Of a stretch of DNA of 64,000 nucleotides, positions 20,265-32,694 are shown piece after piece. The DNA is from Lacipirellulaceae bacterium (GTDB lineage Bacteria; Planctomycetota; Planctomycetia; Pirellulales; Lacipirellulaceae). The stretch spans positions 14,528-78,527 of the forward strand of contig CAVWDV010000003.1 in the NCBI GenBank assembly GCA_963753855.1, in the 5' to 3' direction. Below the pieces are notes generated by a model. It saw only the letters and a program-made list of their open reading frames with translations, did no database searches and was not told the DNA's origin. Position numbers and translations under genes: made by a program. Every line of letters begins with the position of its first letter. The first letter of the stretch is position 1.

Positions 20265-22612
20265 ATGCGACAGCGAACGGAAGCGTGAAAGTCGGCCCGG
20301 CCGACCTGGACGGATACCGCGAAGAATTGAAACAAGCCGCCGCGGAGTACATCGCAGCCGGGCTGCGCATCACGGTGTGCAACGGCAAGAATCCACAACG
20401 GCTGATGGGCAAGGGATGGCAGAAGAAGCGACTCACGGTCGACCAGGCCAATCGGTTGATCGATCAAGCCGACTGGCCGACCATTGGCTTTATGCAGGGT
20501 GGAGCGGGCGGGATCGTAGACGCCGAGCCGGACTCCGACGAAGAGCGAGAGGCATTCCTCGAACTGTTCGACCGTGAACCACCAACAGCCGCCAACTATT
20601 CGTCCGGTCGTGGGGCTCACTGGCTGTTTGCTGCCGATAAGCGACTCGATGCAACGGGCGCTGGCGTCATCAACTACGTCGGTTCGAACGGCGCCAAGCT
20701 GGGCGTCCGAGTTGGAGGAAACGGCGCGGCGGCCCATTCGTGCGTTCCACCGTCGCACCACTGCGAACTGGCCGATAAGGAAACCGACCGCTGGCGGTGG
20801 ACCGGCAAGCGGTACGAGTGGCGGGCGACCATCGATGACTGTGGACTCGGCAAGCTGCCCGATGAAGTAGTCGAGAAACTGCTTGCCTCACATGCGGAGA
20901 AAAACAAGTCGGCCACGACGAACAGCATCGACGTTCACGATGGAGCGCTTGCAGCGATGCGTCGATCGACTCGCAACCAGGACGATGGCAACGATGGCTC
21001 GAAGCGGCTGTTTACCAGCGCCTGCCGCGCGGTTGAGTTCGACCTGACCGACGCGGAAGCCGTGGCCACCATCAGCGCTTACGCTGCCATCCAGCCATTC
21101 CCGAAAGCGTGGACCGACGCGGAGATACGTCAGCGCATCCGCGATGCGGAGAAGCATGTCGAACGCGGCAGTGGTGTCGAGGTCACCAACGGGCGAGAGA
21201 TCGAAGTCCAGGACGATGAGGGGGAAACCAAGACGATCATCGTACCGTTGTCGATGCGTGAATTGCAGGCCAGCGTCCGGCGGATCACCAACAACTGGCC
21301 GCGGCGGATGCACAAGGCGCTCTTCATTGACGACAAGAAACACGGCCTTGGATGGTTCGAAAAAACGCCCGAGGTATTTGGCTGGCTGTCCAACTTCGGG
21401 CTGGTGAATTGGCAGGACCGTAAGCCGAAGTTTGTGAAACAATCCGAGTTCGTGGCCGAGCTGCGGCGAACCACTACAGCGTACGACGCGGTAGAGCTAC
21501 TGCCCCACGAACCACCGATCGCCAAAGTCTACTACCGCTGCGATATACCAATCGAGGGCGATGGTTCCCATCTGCGCAAGCTATTGGATTTCTTTAGGCC
21601 CGAGACGACCATCGATCGCGACTTGATCGAAGCGGCGATTCTCACGGCATTCTGGGGTGGCCCGCCCGGTTCGCGTCCAGCATTCGTGTTTACGTCTACG
21701 CAAGGCCGTGGCGCGGGGAAATCGAAGTTGGCCGAATCGATCAGTCATCTTGCCGGCGGATTCCTGGACGTATCCGCTGGGGAGGACATATCGACCCTCA
21801 AGCAGCGTTTCTTGTCGCCCGAGGGTCTGACCAAACGAGTGGCAATCATCGACAACGTGAAGTCGCTCAAGTTCAGTTGGGCGGAACTGGAAGCGCTGAT
21901 AACGACGCCTATAGTCAGCGGCAAGGCGATGTATATCGGCGAAATGCAACGCCCGAATCACATCACCTGGATGATGACGCTCAACGGTGTGTCACTCGCC
22001 ACAGATCTAGCTCAGCGGGCCGTCATCGTCAATTTGGTGAAGGGCAAGAATGACGGGACCTGGTACGAGCGATTGATCGGCTACATTGACGCCAACCGCG
22101 AGGCAATCATCGGCGACATCATCGCAAGGCTGCGCGGCCCACGGCACGAACTGGCCAAGTACAGCCGATGGGCCGCCTGGGAAAAGGACATTCTCTCACG
22201 ACTAGCAGAGCCGAGTGAGGCCCAGCGTGTGATTTTGGAGCGGCAAGGCGAAGCCGACTGCGAGCAGGACGAAGCGGGCATCATTGAGGACTTCTTCGCC
22301 GAACAGATTGCCGGCTGTGGCCGCGATCCCCATGCCGGACAGTATCGCCTACCGGTTTCGCTGGTGGCGACCTGGTACGGGTGGGCGACCAACGACAAAG
22401 CCAAGACCGTGGCGATAAGCAAACGGCTCAGACAGATGGCCGACGAGGACGCACTCAAGCGGCTCGCGCCGGACCCGTCGCGGCAGCACGGGCGATGTTT
22501 TATCTGGACCGGACCCGCCGCGGACGTGCAAGGCGAGTCCATCGACAATTGGTTCACCATGAAGGCCAACTGCTCCGCAGATCGCCAAAATAGGGGGGCT
22601 GGATATGCGTAG
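20261..22612 (+). CDS. bifunctional primase-polymerase fused to a P-loop helicase-like domain
   Basis: N-terminal K-P-x-x-x-x-K-G-W-Q, IVDAE, SGRGAHWLF, SCVPPSHH (Prim-Pol pattern); C-terminal Walker A GRGAGKS and IIDNV. Confidence 0.75.
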   Translation: MNATANGSVKVGPADLDGYREELKQAAAEYIAAGLRITVCNGKNPQRLMGKGWQKKRLTVDQANRLIDQADWPTIGFMQGGAGGIVDAEPDSDEEREAFLELFDREPPTAANYSSGRGAHWLFAADKRLDATGAGVINYVGSNGAKLGVRVGGNGAAAHSCVPPSHHCELADKETDRWRWTGKRYEWRATIDDCGLGKLPDEVVEKLLASHAEKNKSATTNSIDVHDGALAAMRRSTRNQDDGNDGSKRLFTSACRAVEFDLTDAEAVATISAYAAIQPFPKAWTDAEIRQRIRDAEKHVERGSGVEVTNGREIEVQDDEGETKTIIVPLSMRELQASVRRITNNWPRRMHKALFIDDKKHGLGWFEKTPEVFGWLSNFGLVNWQDRKPKFVKQSEFVAELRRTTTAYDAVELLPHEPPIAKVYYRCDIPIEGDGSHLRKLLDFFRPETTIDRDLIEAAILTAFWGGPPGSRPAFVFTSTQGRGAGKSKLAESISHLAGGFLDVSAGEDISTLKQRFLSPEGLTKRVAIIDNVKSLKFSWAELEALITTPIVSGKAMYIGEMQRPNHITWMMTLNGVSLATDLAQRAVIVNLVKGKNDGTWYERLIGYIDANREAIIGDIIARLRGPRHELAKYSRWAAWEKDILSRLAEPSEAQRVILERQGEADCEQDEAGIIEDFFAEQIAGCGRDPHAGQYRLPVSLVATWYGWATNDKAKTVAISKRLRQMADEDALKRLAPDPSRQHGRCFIWTGPAADVQGESIDNWFTMKANCSADRQNRGAGYA

Positions 22613-22627
22613 GCAAGAAGAATCGGA

Positions 22628-22755
22628 GACACTTGGGACGCTTGGGACGCTTGGTGCGCATTGTTCATCGCGTAAGGCGCCATCAAATGAAACGAATACA
22701 CTCTGTGTGTGTACGGCGCACAATAGGCGCAACCGTCCCAAGCGTCCCAAGTGTC
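22628..22755. repeat. inverted iteron pair, putative replication origin
   Basis: GACACTTGGGACGCTTGGGACGCTTGGTGCGC ...~66 nt... GCGCAACCGTCCCAAGCGTCCCAAGTGTC, directly after the primase-helicase stop. Confidence 0.75.
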
Positions 22756-22977
22756 CGCTGCACCAGCGGCTAGGCGGACAGTATCGAGCCACCCGCGTAG
22801 CCGATGCCGGCCAACGCCAGTTCCACCGCGAGGAAGCCAGCGTAGCCATGGCGCAGCGCCAGGCTGCTGGCCCAAGACCCCGGACGTGACAACGTCACGT
22901 TTTGACCTGGCCGCCAGCAGCCCGCAGCACCCACCCTCAGCAGATCCGTTTTAACCGTCAACAATCGGTAGCCCACC

Positions 22978-23472
22978 ATGGCCAAGAAATCCACCGAGCC
23001 GAAGACCAGAAACGAGCCAGAAGCCGCTGCGCAGCCTGCCAGAGCCTCCAATGGCCAATTCACCAAGGGCAACAGCGGCGGGCCAGGAAGGCCGCCAGCT
23101 GTGGCCGAAGCCAGCTACTTGCGCGAATTACGGAGGTCCGTACCGCCGCCACGATTCGCCAAGATCATAGAGGCCGTGTATGGGATGGCCACCGACCCCG
23201 AAGCTAGGCCAAGCGACCGCCTGCGGGCCGCCCAGGTCTTGATCCAACAATGCTGCCCGGCACCGCAACAACGCCTTAGCATCGAGCAGGGCATGCTTGA
23301 CGTCGAAGCACAATCCGAATTCCGCGTGGCCGGCGCGTCGGTTTCCCAGATCGATGAAGAGTTTCTCGCGCATCTTGGCCACTTGATCGAAGAGCAAGCG
23401 GCCTACGAGCAGTCGCTCCGCGAAGCCGGCTACTTGCCCCAGATCCCAGCCCCCAGCGACGCCGACGCCTAG
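22978..23472 (+). CDS. terminase small subunit-like protein (DUF5681-type motif)
   Basis: NGQFTKGNSGGPGRPP motif followed by helical segment SDRLRAAQVLI. Confidence 0.55.
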   Translation: MAKKSTEPKTRNEPEAAAQPARASNGQFTKGNSGGPGRPPAVAEASYLRELRRSVPPPRFAKIIEAVYGMATDPEARPSDRLRAAQVLIQQCCPAPQQRLSIEQGMLDVEAQSEFRVAGASVSQIDEEFLAHLGHLIEEQAAYEQSLREAGYLPQIPAPSDADA

Positions 23473-23730
23473 CTGGTGCAGCCACAAGCCTCTAAGTCCA
23501 GGCGAACCAAGCCCAGCCGTATCTCTACTTTGTTGGTGGCCATTGCCCCCGGCACGACGTCTCCGCTGGGGGAAATGCAGGCCACACAATTGTGGGTCGG
23601 ATTTCTTTGGCACCGCATGTTCCCCACCTCTGCCAGCATCGCTGGGTGATTGCTGCGCTTGAATCATAGCCTTATGCTAACGCTAGCGACTTCTCCATGG
23701 CATTCCATCGACTCACACTATGCTCCTCTA

Positions 23731-26700
23731 ATGGATTTAGTATCAACACCCTCTTTGCCCGAACAGGGACAACTGGTGCAAGTGCGATCCCGCCAGTGGG
23801 TCGTCAACAACGTCAAACCGAGCAGCCTTCCCGCAGTTGCCCTGAAGCCCGAGTTTGCCGGTCCGCAGAACTTGCTCACCCTTTCCTCGGTGGAGGACGA
23901 CGGCCTCGGCGAAGAGCTCCAGGTTGTCTGGGAGATCGAACCCGGTGCCCGAGTCATCGAAAAGGTCGCCCTGCCGGAGCCAACTGGCTTCGACGCCCCG
24001 GACAAGCTCGACGCCTTCCTTGATGCCGTCCGTTGGGGTGCAGCTTCCACCGCCGACCTGAAGAATATTCAGTCTCCGTTCCGTAGCGGCATTGAGATCG
24101 AAGATTATCAGCTTGATCCGGTGGTCCGCGCAATCCAGATGCCAAGGGTGAATCTGCTGATTGCCGACGACGTGGGCTTGGGCAAGACTATCGAAGCCGG
24201 GATGGTAGCCCTCGAACTCATCATTCGCCACCGGGCCCGGAAGATTCTGATCGTTGTACCCTCATCGCTGCAAATTCAATGGCGGGAACAGATGCGGGAC
24301 AAGTTTGGGTTGGAGTTCCGCATCGTCGACACGAACCTGATGCGTGAGCTGCGCCGGCGACGTGGCATCCATGTCAATCCTTGGAGCCACTTCCCACGGC
24401 TGATCACCAGCATCGACTTCCTGAAACGAGAGCGACCACTGCGGCTGTTCCGTGAAACGCTGCCTGCCCATGGCGAGCCGATCTACCCCCGCAAGTATGA
24501 CCTCTTGATTTGCGACGAGGCCCACAACTGCGCACCGTCCGGCCGCGGCAAGTACGCCACGGATTCGCTCCGTACGCAAGCTCTCCGTGAACTGGCACCG
24601 CACTTTGAGCACAAGCTATTTCTGACGGCCACGCCACACAACGGCTACCGGGAGAGTTTCAGTGCCCTCTTGGAACTGCTGGACAACCAGCGTTTCTCCC
24701 GTGGCACGGACCCGGATCGCAAGCAACTTGAAGCAATCATGGTCCGCCGCCTGAAGACGGATCCAACTTTCGCCAAGAAGTGGGACGGCACGCCTCGGTT
24801 TCCGCCGCGTGTACTGGAACCCATCGAAGTGCCGTACATCGGACGAAGAACGCGAGATCCATGCCGCACTCCGCGAATACACCAAGCTACGAGCTAAACG
24901 GGCCACCGACAACACGGAACGGTTTGCCACGGAGTTCGTGCTGAAGACGTTGAAGAAGCGGCTGTTCTCCAGCCCGGCGGCATTCCTTACCACGCTGGAG
25001 CGTCATGAGGAATCGCTGCGATCGGCGACGGAAGAAGGCCGTTGCCAAACCGTCGATGAGCGTGCTCCAGCGTGAGTTCGACCGCATGGACGAGGAGTAC
25101 GCCGACGACTCCGAGTACGACGAGGCCACCGCCGATGCCCTGGACTCGGCCACCCGCTTGTTCGCCGAACCGACCGAACAGGAAGATGCCCTGCTGAAGC
25201 AGATGAAGAAGTGGGCCGAGCGGCCTGTGCCCAGCGGGACTCCAAGGCCAAGCAACTGATTGAGTGGCTGAAGGACCACCTCAAGCCGGGCGGCAAATGG
25301 TCGAACGAGCGGGTCATCATCTTCACCGAGTACCGGGCCACGCAGAACTGGCTGCAAGAGGTGCTGGCGACCGAGGGATTCAGCGGCGGCGACCGGCTGA
25401 TGACGATGTACGGCGGCATGGACAGCGAGCAACGGGAAGCGGTCAAGGCGGCATTCCAGACCGATCACCGGAAGCAGTCCCGTTCGCATCCTGCTGGCGA
25501 CCGACGCCGCCTCCGAAGGCCTCGACTTCCAAAACTTCTGCTCCCGGCTGATCCACTACGAGATCCCGTGGAATCCGAACCGCATGGAGCAGCGGAACGG
25601 CGTGTGGACCGGCACGGCCAGAAGGCCGACAAGGTGCTGGTCTACCACTTCGTCGGCAAGGGCTACAAGGAGCGAGCCAACCAGCAATTCAGCGGCCACG
25701 TCGCGACATGGAAGCCGACCTTGAGTTCCTGATGCGGGTGGCCCTGAAGATCGAGACGATCCGTGAAGACCTTGGCAAAGTCGGGCCGGTGATCGCCGAG
25801 CAGGTTGAAGAGGCCATGCTCGGCCGCCGCACGGCTCTGCACACCGAGGATGCCGAACGTGACGCCAGCCGATCCGCAAGATGCTTCGATTCGAGCGTGA
25901 CCTGCAAACAGGTCCAGGCCCTGATGGAGCAGTACCGGGAAACACGACGGGAACTGCGGCTGTCACCCGACAACATCCAGAAGGTTGTCGAGGTGGCTCT
26001 GGCAACTGGCCGGCCAACCAGCGCTTGATCCCGACCAAGACCGAGGACGGCAAGCCTTGTTTCCAGTTGCCGCCGCTGCGTGGAAGTTGGGCGGCGTGTG
26101 CCGAAGGGCTGGAACATCCCCACACCAAAGAGATTCGCCCGATCACGTTCGATGAGTCGGTGCAGCAAGGGCCGTGACGATGTGGTGCTGGTCCACTTGA
26201 ATCATCGGCTGCCCCAGATGTGCCTGCGGCTGCTGCGGGCCGAAGTGTGGGCCGAAAAAGGCCGGTCGAAGCTCCAGCGGGTGACGGCCCGAGTCGTTCC
26301 CAACGACATCCTCGACACACCGGCCATGATTGCCCACGCCCGGCTGGTGGTCATTGGCGGGGACAGCTACCGGCTCCACGAAGAGATCATCGCTGCTGGT
26401 GGACTCATCAAGGAAGGCAAGTGGGGCGGTCGTCTGAATGTCGGGCAGACCGAAACGGCATTGGCGGCAGGCAACGGAGAAGGAGCCATCGGCGGCGGTG
26501 AAAGAGAAGCTGCTGGAGCTTTACCCTATCGTTGACGTCGTCGCTGGCGGCGTGCTTGGAAGCACGCATCAAGGATCGAGTCAGCGGTTTGGAAAAACGA
26601 CTCGCAGAACGGGCCGACAAGGAAGCCAAGGACATCGAGGCAATCCTGACCGAACTTAAGAAGGCCATCGAGGCGGAACTGGATCGAACCGGAGTATCAG

Positions 26701-26896
26701 CAGTTGGAGTTATTCAACGACCCCGAGCAGGAACAGTTCGAGCGGAACAAGGATGCGATGCGAGCAAGGGCCAGAGAGATTCCCGGGGAAATCAAGCGGG
26801 AAACGGAGGCGATCAGGGCTAGGTTTGCCGACCCGCAGGCACGGATGTTCCCCGTGGCGGTGACGTTTTTGGTTCCTGAGAAGTCTGGGCAAGTAA
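23731..26896 (+). CDS. drmD: DISARM SNF2-like helicase DrmD (multiple frameshifts)
   Basis: [101 protein letters not shown] across successive frames. Confidence 0.9.
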
Positions 26897-26898
26897 GC

Positions 26899-27790
26899 AT
26901 GATAACGGTTTATCTTGATACGAACGTGATTGACTACATTGCAATGCGAGCGACGTCGGCACTCGAAGAGGATGTTTCGTCGAGACGTAGGTCAGAATTC
27001 TCGTCAACGGTTTAATCGTGCTCGAACGATCGGCAATATCAGAGCGTATCGTCGTCGCAGGCAATGGAAGTGTGCTGAAGACGAATAGCCGCAAGTAGTC
27101 TCTCTCCCGATTTGACATATCGTCATGCTCAAGAGTTGCGAACGAGTTTTGGGTGTCGTTCAGTGTGGCTCGTCGAACTCCCAACACGGCAAAGTCGAGC
27201 TGGCTTCGCAATCATCGAACGATTGCAACTTGCTTGCGAAGCAATGCTCGCATTCTCATGGCGAGTACGAATGGATTCGAGTGGCATGGTGCGTCTCGAG
27301 ATTCCATAAACTACTGCGATCTGAACGGTTAGATGAGAAACGAAGCGGTGAGCAGCGTGTGCGACGAAGTCTGCAGCGGACGTCACACATTCGCAATGGT
27401 ACTCGGACGTATTGGACGCGCCGTGGTGCAAGACGTGGCAAGCTGCCATTGATCGCAGATGACATCGATCTGCAAGTCGAGAATTACTACTGACGACCTC
27501 GACTCCTCGCCGGTATCCGATCAGCCTGACGATGGTAGGTGTGCTCGATTTTGGACGATCGAGTTGATCGGTGACGATCTGCAAGACGTGAATCGCATCA
27601 CTGGGCTCGCTCATGTTACCAGTCGAACTACACGAGTTGGTAGGCATCGCTTGTGGCATCTGCAACGCCAATCGTATGCTGGACATCGGAGTTGTTGCTC
27701 AGCGGCGACATGAGCGTTTCATGCATGTTCCTGTCGACCTTGGGACAGCATTACGAAGATGGAGCGATCCAGTCTGATCAATGATCAGAA
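26899..27790 (+). pseudogene. degenerate or error-rich gene with a PIN-like N-terminus, inserted between drmD and drmMI
   Basis: MITVYLDTNVIDYIA resembles the PIN first strand (xLDTN). The rest cannot be reconstructed; GC is lower than in the flanks. Confidence 0.35.
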
Positions 27791-27857
27791 CTCTATGTGC
27801 TGCTCCGAAATCGCAACGCAAACTCGACTCATCTTGAATCTGAGGACCAACGTAGCC

Positions 27858-30800
27858 ATGTCCATAGCACGCCACCACGCTGAATGGCTTTCGCTCGTCC
27901 GGTCTCGGGGCCGTTCCTGAGCCTGCCGGTGCTGATGGAGGCATTTCCGCAGGACTCGATGCCCACGATCCCGAACATGCCCGGCTGCTGCGACTGGCCT
28001 ACGAGGAATGGGACGAGAACTTCGCACAGAAGACGGCCCGATCCCGCAGTCCACGATGCGTGGATCAAGTTCGTGCTGACGAAGACGCTGGAGTTCGATG
28101 ACGACTGCTGGCCGAAGGGCAGGCGATTCCGCAGACGCTTCAGGTGGAAGTGCCCGAGCATGGCGAACTGCTCAGGCCTAGCATCGTCGTCAACGATCCG
28201 GCCACCAAGAAGGCCCGACTGCTGATCCAGACCTATCCCCGCTCGCAGGATTTGACCAGCTACGTCGCCGGGACACGGTGGAAGGCATCACCCGACACCC
28301 GGATGACGGAACTGCTGCACGCCACCGGCGTCCGGCTGGGGCTGGTCACCAACGGCGAACACTGGATGCTGGTCGATGCCCCCAAGGGCGAGACGACCGG
28401 CTACGCCTCGTGGTATGCCTCGCTGTGGCTGGAAGAGCAGATCACGCTGCGGGCATTCCGCAGCCTGCTGTCGGTCACTCGGTTCTTCGGCGTGCCCGAC
28501 GACGAGACCCTCGAAGCCCTGCTGGCCAAGAGTGCCTCCAACCAGCAGGAAGTCACCGACCAGCTTGGCTATCAGGTTCGCCGTGCGGTCGAGGTGCTGA
28601 TCCAGTCGCTCGACCGGGCCGATCAGGACCACGGGCGAGAACTGCTGGCCGGCGTCAGCGAGGCCGTGCTCTACGAAGCGGCCCTGACGGTGATGATGCG
28701 GCTGGTGTTCCTGTTCTGTGCCGAGGAGCGGGAACTGATCCCACTAAGCCGTTCCCGGTCTACGACCAGAACTACTCCGTCTCGACGATCTCCCGGCAGC
28801 TTCGGGAAATCGCCGACCAGCATGGCGAAGAATACTGGAACGCCGCCACGATGCCTGGCCCCGCCTGCTGGCCACTTCCGGGCGGTCTACGGCGGCGTCC
28901 AGCACGACGAGATCCATATGCCCGCCTACGGTGGCAGCCTGTTCGACCCCGACCGCTTCCCGTTCCTCGAAGGTCGCACAGCCGGACACAACATGGCAGG
29001 ACACGCCGAGGCCAATCCGCTGCCGGTCAACAACCGCACGGTGCTGCACCTGCTGGAAGCCTTGCAGTTCTTCAGGTGAAGGTACCGGGCGGCGGGCCTG
29101 CCGAAGCCCGGCGGCTCAGTTTCCGTGCGCTCGACATCGAACAGATCGGCCACGTCTACGAAGGCCTGCTCGACCACACCGCCAAGCGTGCCACCGAGCC
29201 GTTCCTGGGACTGGTCGGGCACAGAGACAAGGAACCGGAGATCCCGCTGGCCGAACTGGAGACGGAGCGGGACAAGGGCGAAGACGATCTGCTCAAGTTC
29301 CTGAAGAAGGAAACAGGCCGGTCGCGCGAAGTGCGTCGAGAAGGCATCTGGACGCCGAATTCGACAGCCAGGATGCTAGCCGATTCCGCACGGCCTGCCA
29401 GGGCGACGACGAACTTTGAGCGAGTCGAGCCGTTTGCTGGACTGGTGCGACACGACACCTTCGGCTACCCGGTCGTGATCCCCAAGGGCAGCGTGTTCGT
29501 CACGGCGGGGACCGACCGCCGCACCAGCGGCACACACTACACGCCCCGAGCCTGACCGAACCCATCGTCCAGTACACGTTGGAGCCGCTGGTCTACGTTG
29601 GCCCAGCCGAAGGAAGCCCAAGGAGAGTGGAAGCTGAAGTCGGCTGCCGAACTGCTCGACCTGAAGATCTGCGACATGGCCTGTGGGTCGGGCATTTCTG
29701 GTCCAAGCGTGCCCGGTACATGTCCGAGCGATTGATCGAAGCATGGGACGCGGCGCAGGAGGCCCATCCCGATGTGCCCGGCATCACACCCGAAGGAGAG
29801 CCATCAACCGGCGAGCCGAACGAGTCGCTGATCCCCGCTGATCCTGCCGAACGCACGACTATCGCCATGCGGATCATCGCCCAGCGATGCCTGTACGGCG
29901 TGGATGTGAACCCGCTGGCCGCCGAGATGGCGAAGCTGTCGCTGTGGCTGTTGACGCTGGCCAAGGACAAGCCGTTCGAGTTCCTCGACCATGCCATCCG
30001 GTGTGGCGATTCGCTGGTCGGTCTGCACGATCATGGAGCAACTGCGGCATTTCAGTCTCAAGCCCGATGCCGACGACGCCGTGCTGTTCAAGGGCCCGCT
30101 CGACAAGCAGTGGATGAGGCGATCAAGCTGCGGCTTCGAGCTCGGAGCGACATGCCTGCCAATACGGTCGAGGATGTGAAGGCTCAGGAGAAACTCTTGC
30201 GGGAGGCCAAGGACAAGATCGCTCGGCTGCGATGTGCGGCCGACTGCTGGTGGCGGCTGAGTTCTGGGGCGAGAAGGAACCAAGGACAAACAGGAGAAGG
30301 TGCGTCACGCTGCCGTCGTCGCCGGACACTACGTCGAGAACGGACCGACCGAGGAGTTTGAGGAGAAAGCCGCAGAAGGAACGCCGAGGCCAAAAGATGT
30401 TTCACTGGCCACTGGAGTTCCCCGAGGTGATTGTGAAGCGGGGTGGATTCGATGCGTTTGTTGGAAATCCGCCATTCATGGGTGGGAAACAGACTTCAGC
30501 GCATATTGGGCCCACTGCCGTCCAGTGGAACAGTTCTCAAATCGGCAGTGATGTAAAAGGTAGCCCCGATTTCTGCGCATTCTTTTTACTCAGAGCCACT
30601 CAGCTGATTCGGATAGGCGGTGCCTTTGGTTTTCTTGCAACCAAAACAATCTCGCAGGCTGGCACACGTGATGTATGTCTGGAGCAGTTGACTGATCGCA
30701 AGTTTAACCTCTTCCGTGCAGTCAAAAGCCGTGTTTGGCCTGGAAGTGCGAGCGTCCATATTGCATTGGTTTGGGCCATTAGAGGTGAATGGGAAGGAGT

Positions 30801-31917
30801 GTTTGTTTTAGGTGGCACACAGGTAAATGCAATTGGATCAAATCTTGAAGAGGCTCTTGAGTTTCGAGGTCAGCCATTTGCGCTCAAACACAGCAAAGGG
30901 CGGGAATTCATCGGTACATTTACGATGGGCACTGGCTTCCTCATATCACCGACCAAGGCGAAGCAGCTGATTTCTGCTGATAGCCGGAATCGCGACATAC
31001 TCTTTCCGTTCTTAGGAGCCGAAGACTTTAACACTAACCACCAGCAGAGAGCATCCAGGTGGGCAATCAACTTTCATGATTGGGATTTTGAGCGTTCGTC
31101 GTCATACACAAATTGCTTTTCGATTTTGGAAGCAGAAGTCAAGCCATTTCGAGAGTCTCTCACGACCAAACAGGTTCACGAGTCTGACTTCTGGAAGTTT
31201 TGGGATAAACGTTTGGCGAGCTATGCGAAGTTGGAGGGTAAGCAAAAAGTGCTGGCTGGTGCACTTCATACCAAGTACTGGTCGGTTGAATTCATCGGTA
31301 TGCCAACCATTTTCTCGCATGGAATGGTCGTGTTCTTCGTATCCGACTTTGGCTCATTTTCTGTGCTGTCGAGTACTTTTTACGATCAGTGGGCACGGGA
31401 ATATTCCAGTTCGCTCGGAGAAACGCTGCGATATACACCCAGGAAGTGTGGAGAGACTTTTCCATTTCCCGAAGAACGCAACGCCCTCGCAGATGTTGGC
31501 AAATGCCTTCATGCAGTCAGGCAGCTGGCAATGGACACCTTCGAGGAAGGGCTGACAGCAATATACAATCGATTCCATGATCCCAAAGAATCATCCACCG
31601 TGATTAATGAGTTCAGAGACCTCCACGTGCAGTTGGATTGCGCGGTCGCACGTGTCTATGAATGGAATGGTGTCAAATTAAATCACGGTTTTCACGAAAC
31701 GACGCAGGGCACGAGATATACCATCTGCGAATCGGCTCGCCGACAGACTCTCCAACTTCTCCTTAAACTTAATCACGAGCGTCACGAGGAGGAAGTCGCC
31801 CAGGGTCTTCACGACAAAAAGAAAAAGGGCCGGAAGAATTCTTCTACGAAGAAAAAGGCGAAGAAGAACGCGCCTGCAAAGCAGGATGCAACGTTGTTCG
31901 ATTTGGGGGGCGAGTGA
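27858..31917 (+). CDS. drmMI: DISARM class I N6-adenine DNA methyltransferase DrmMI (multiple frameshifts)
   Basis: MSIARHHAEWLSL, GLVTNGEHW, YGGSLFDPDRFPFLEG, LDIEQIGHVYEGLLD, SGTHYTP, DMACGSG (motif I), LYGVDVNP, GNPPF (motif IV). Confidence 0.85.
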
Positions 31918-32683
31918 TGCCACGAAATCTTGAAGCGTTTCACAGGTCGCTCAACCTGGAACTCCAGGCTCTCAAAGACCGCATTCACAATCTCGCCGAT
32001 CACCACCTAACCGATGGTGAGTATAAGGAGACGATTCTCCGGGCCGCCCTGCGTCGTCATCTACCCGACAGCGTGGCAATCGGTCGTGGATTCGTCGTGG
32101 GGCAAGAAAAGACATCTACGCAGGTCGACATATTGATAGTGGATCGCAGTAAGCCGGTACTCTTCCGTGATGGCGACCTATACTTCGTCACCCCCGATGC
32201 CGTGTTGGCTGCCATCGAGGCGAAGACTTCTCTCGACGATGGTCCCTCAGTAACCGACGCATGCGCCAAGATCGGCGAAGTCGGCAAGATCGCTGCTGAA
32301 TCAGGGCGAACTCCTTGGCTCGGAGTATTTGACTACGAAGGCGAACTCCAAGACCTTGAGTGGACAAACATTCTGGCAAGGGTGAAGGAAGGGGCGACCC
32401 AGAGCGGAATTCCGATCAACTGCCTCGTGTACGGCCAAGATCGATTCGTCCGCTTCTGGGATGGTGTGACAACTGAGGACGAAGGCGGTCCTCCGTACTT
32501 TCGCGGTTGCGCATCTACGAGTTGCGAAACCTCGCGGCGTGTTACTTCATAGGCAATGCGATCGATGCTGTGTCCAATTCCGACGCCGACAACAATTCGT
32601 TTGCGTGGTATCCGCTCACGGGAGGTAAGAGTCGGCAACGGAAGGGGCAAATTGAGTGGACTTTACAGGTAGCTGAGAACTAG
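31914..32683 (+). CDS. DUF6602/NucC-like PD-(D/E)xK nuclease (frameshift near 32505)
   Basis: DGEYKETILRAALRRHLP...GRGFVV...STQVDILIVD...PDAVLAAIEAKT; overlaps the drmMI stop. Confidence 0.7.
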
Positions 32684-32694
32684 GGGGACCAGAA

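Larger units (their letters stand above)
17491..23472 (+). mobile_element. tRNA-Val-integrated satellite/PICI-like core module; cargo continues rightwards and attR was not seen
   Basis: Integrase immediately after the tRNA, then a hypothetical gene, DUF1580, prim-pol/helicase, iteron inverted repeat and a TerS-like gene; no capsid, tail or conjugation genes. Confidence 0.7.

Noticed and set aside
22605-22889. 94-aa ORF after the primase (TLGTLGTLG...RPKRPK)
   Set aside because: The peptide repeats simply reflect the iteron inverted repeat; it is more likely non-coding origin DNA.
17491-23472. Intact prophage
   Set aside because: No capsid, portal, large terminase, tail or lysis genes were seen in the window.
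27858-31917. BREX PglX or stand-alone type IIG RM assignment
   Set aside because: The flanking SNF2 helicase, DrmA helicase, DUF1998 and PLD genes define class I DISARM; no pglZ or brxC is present.
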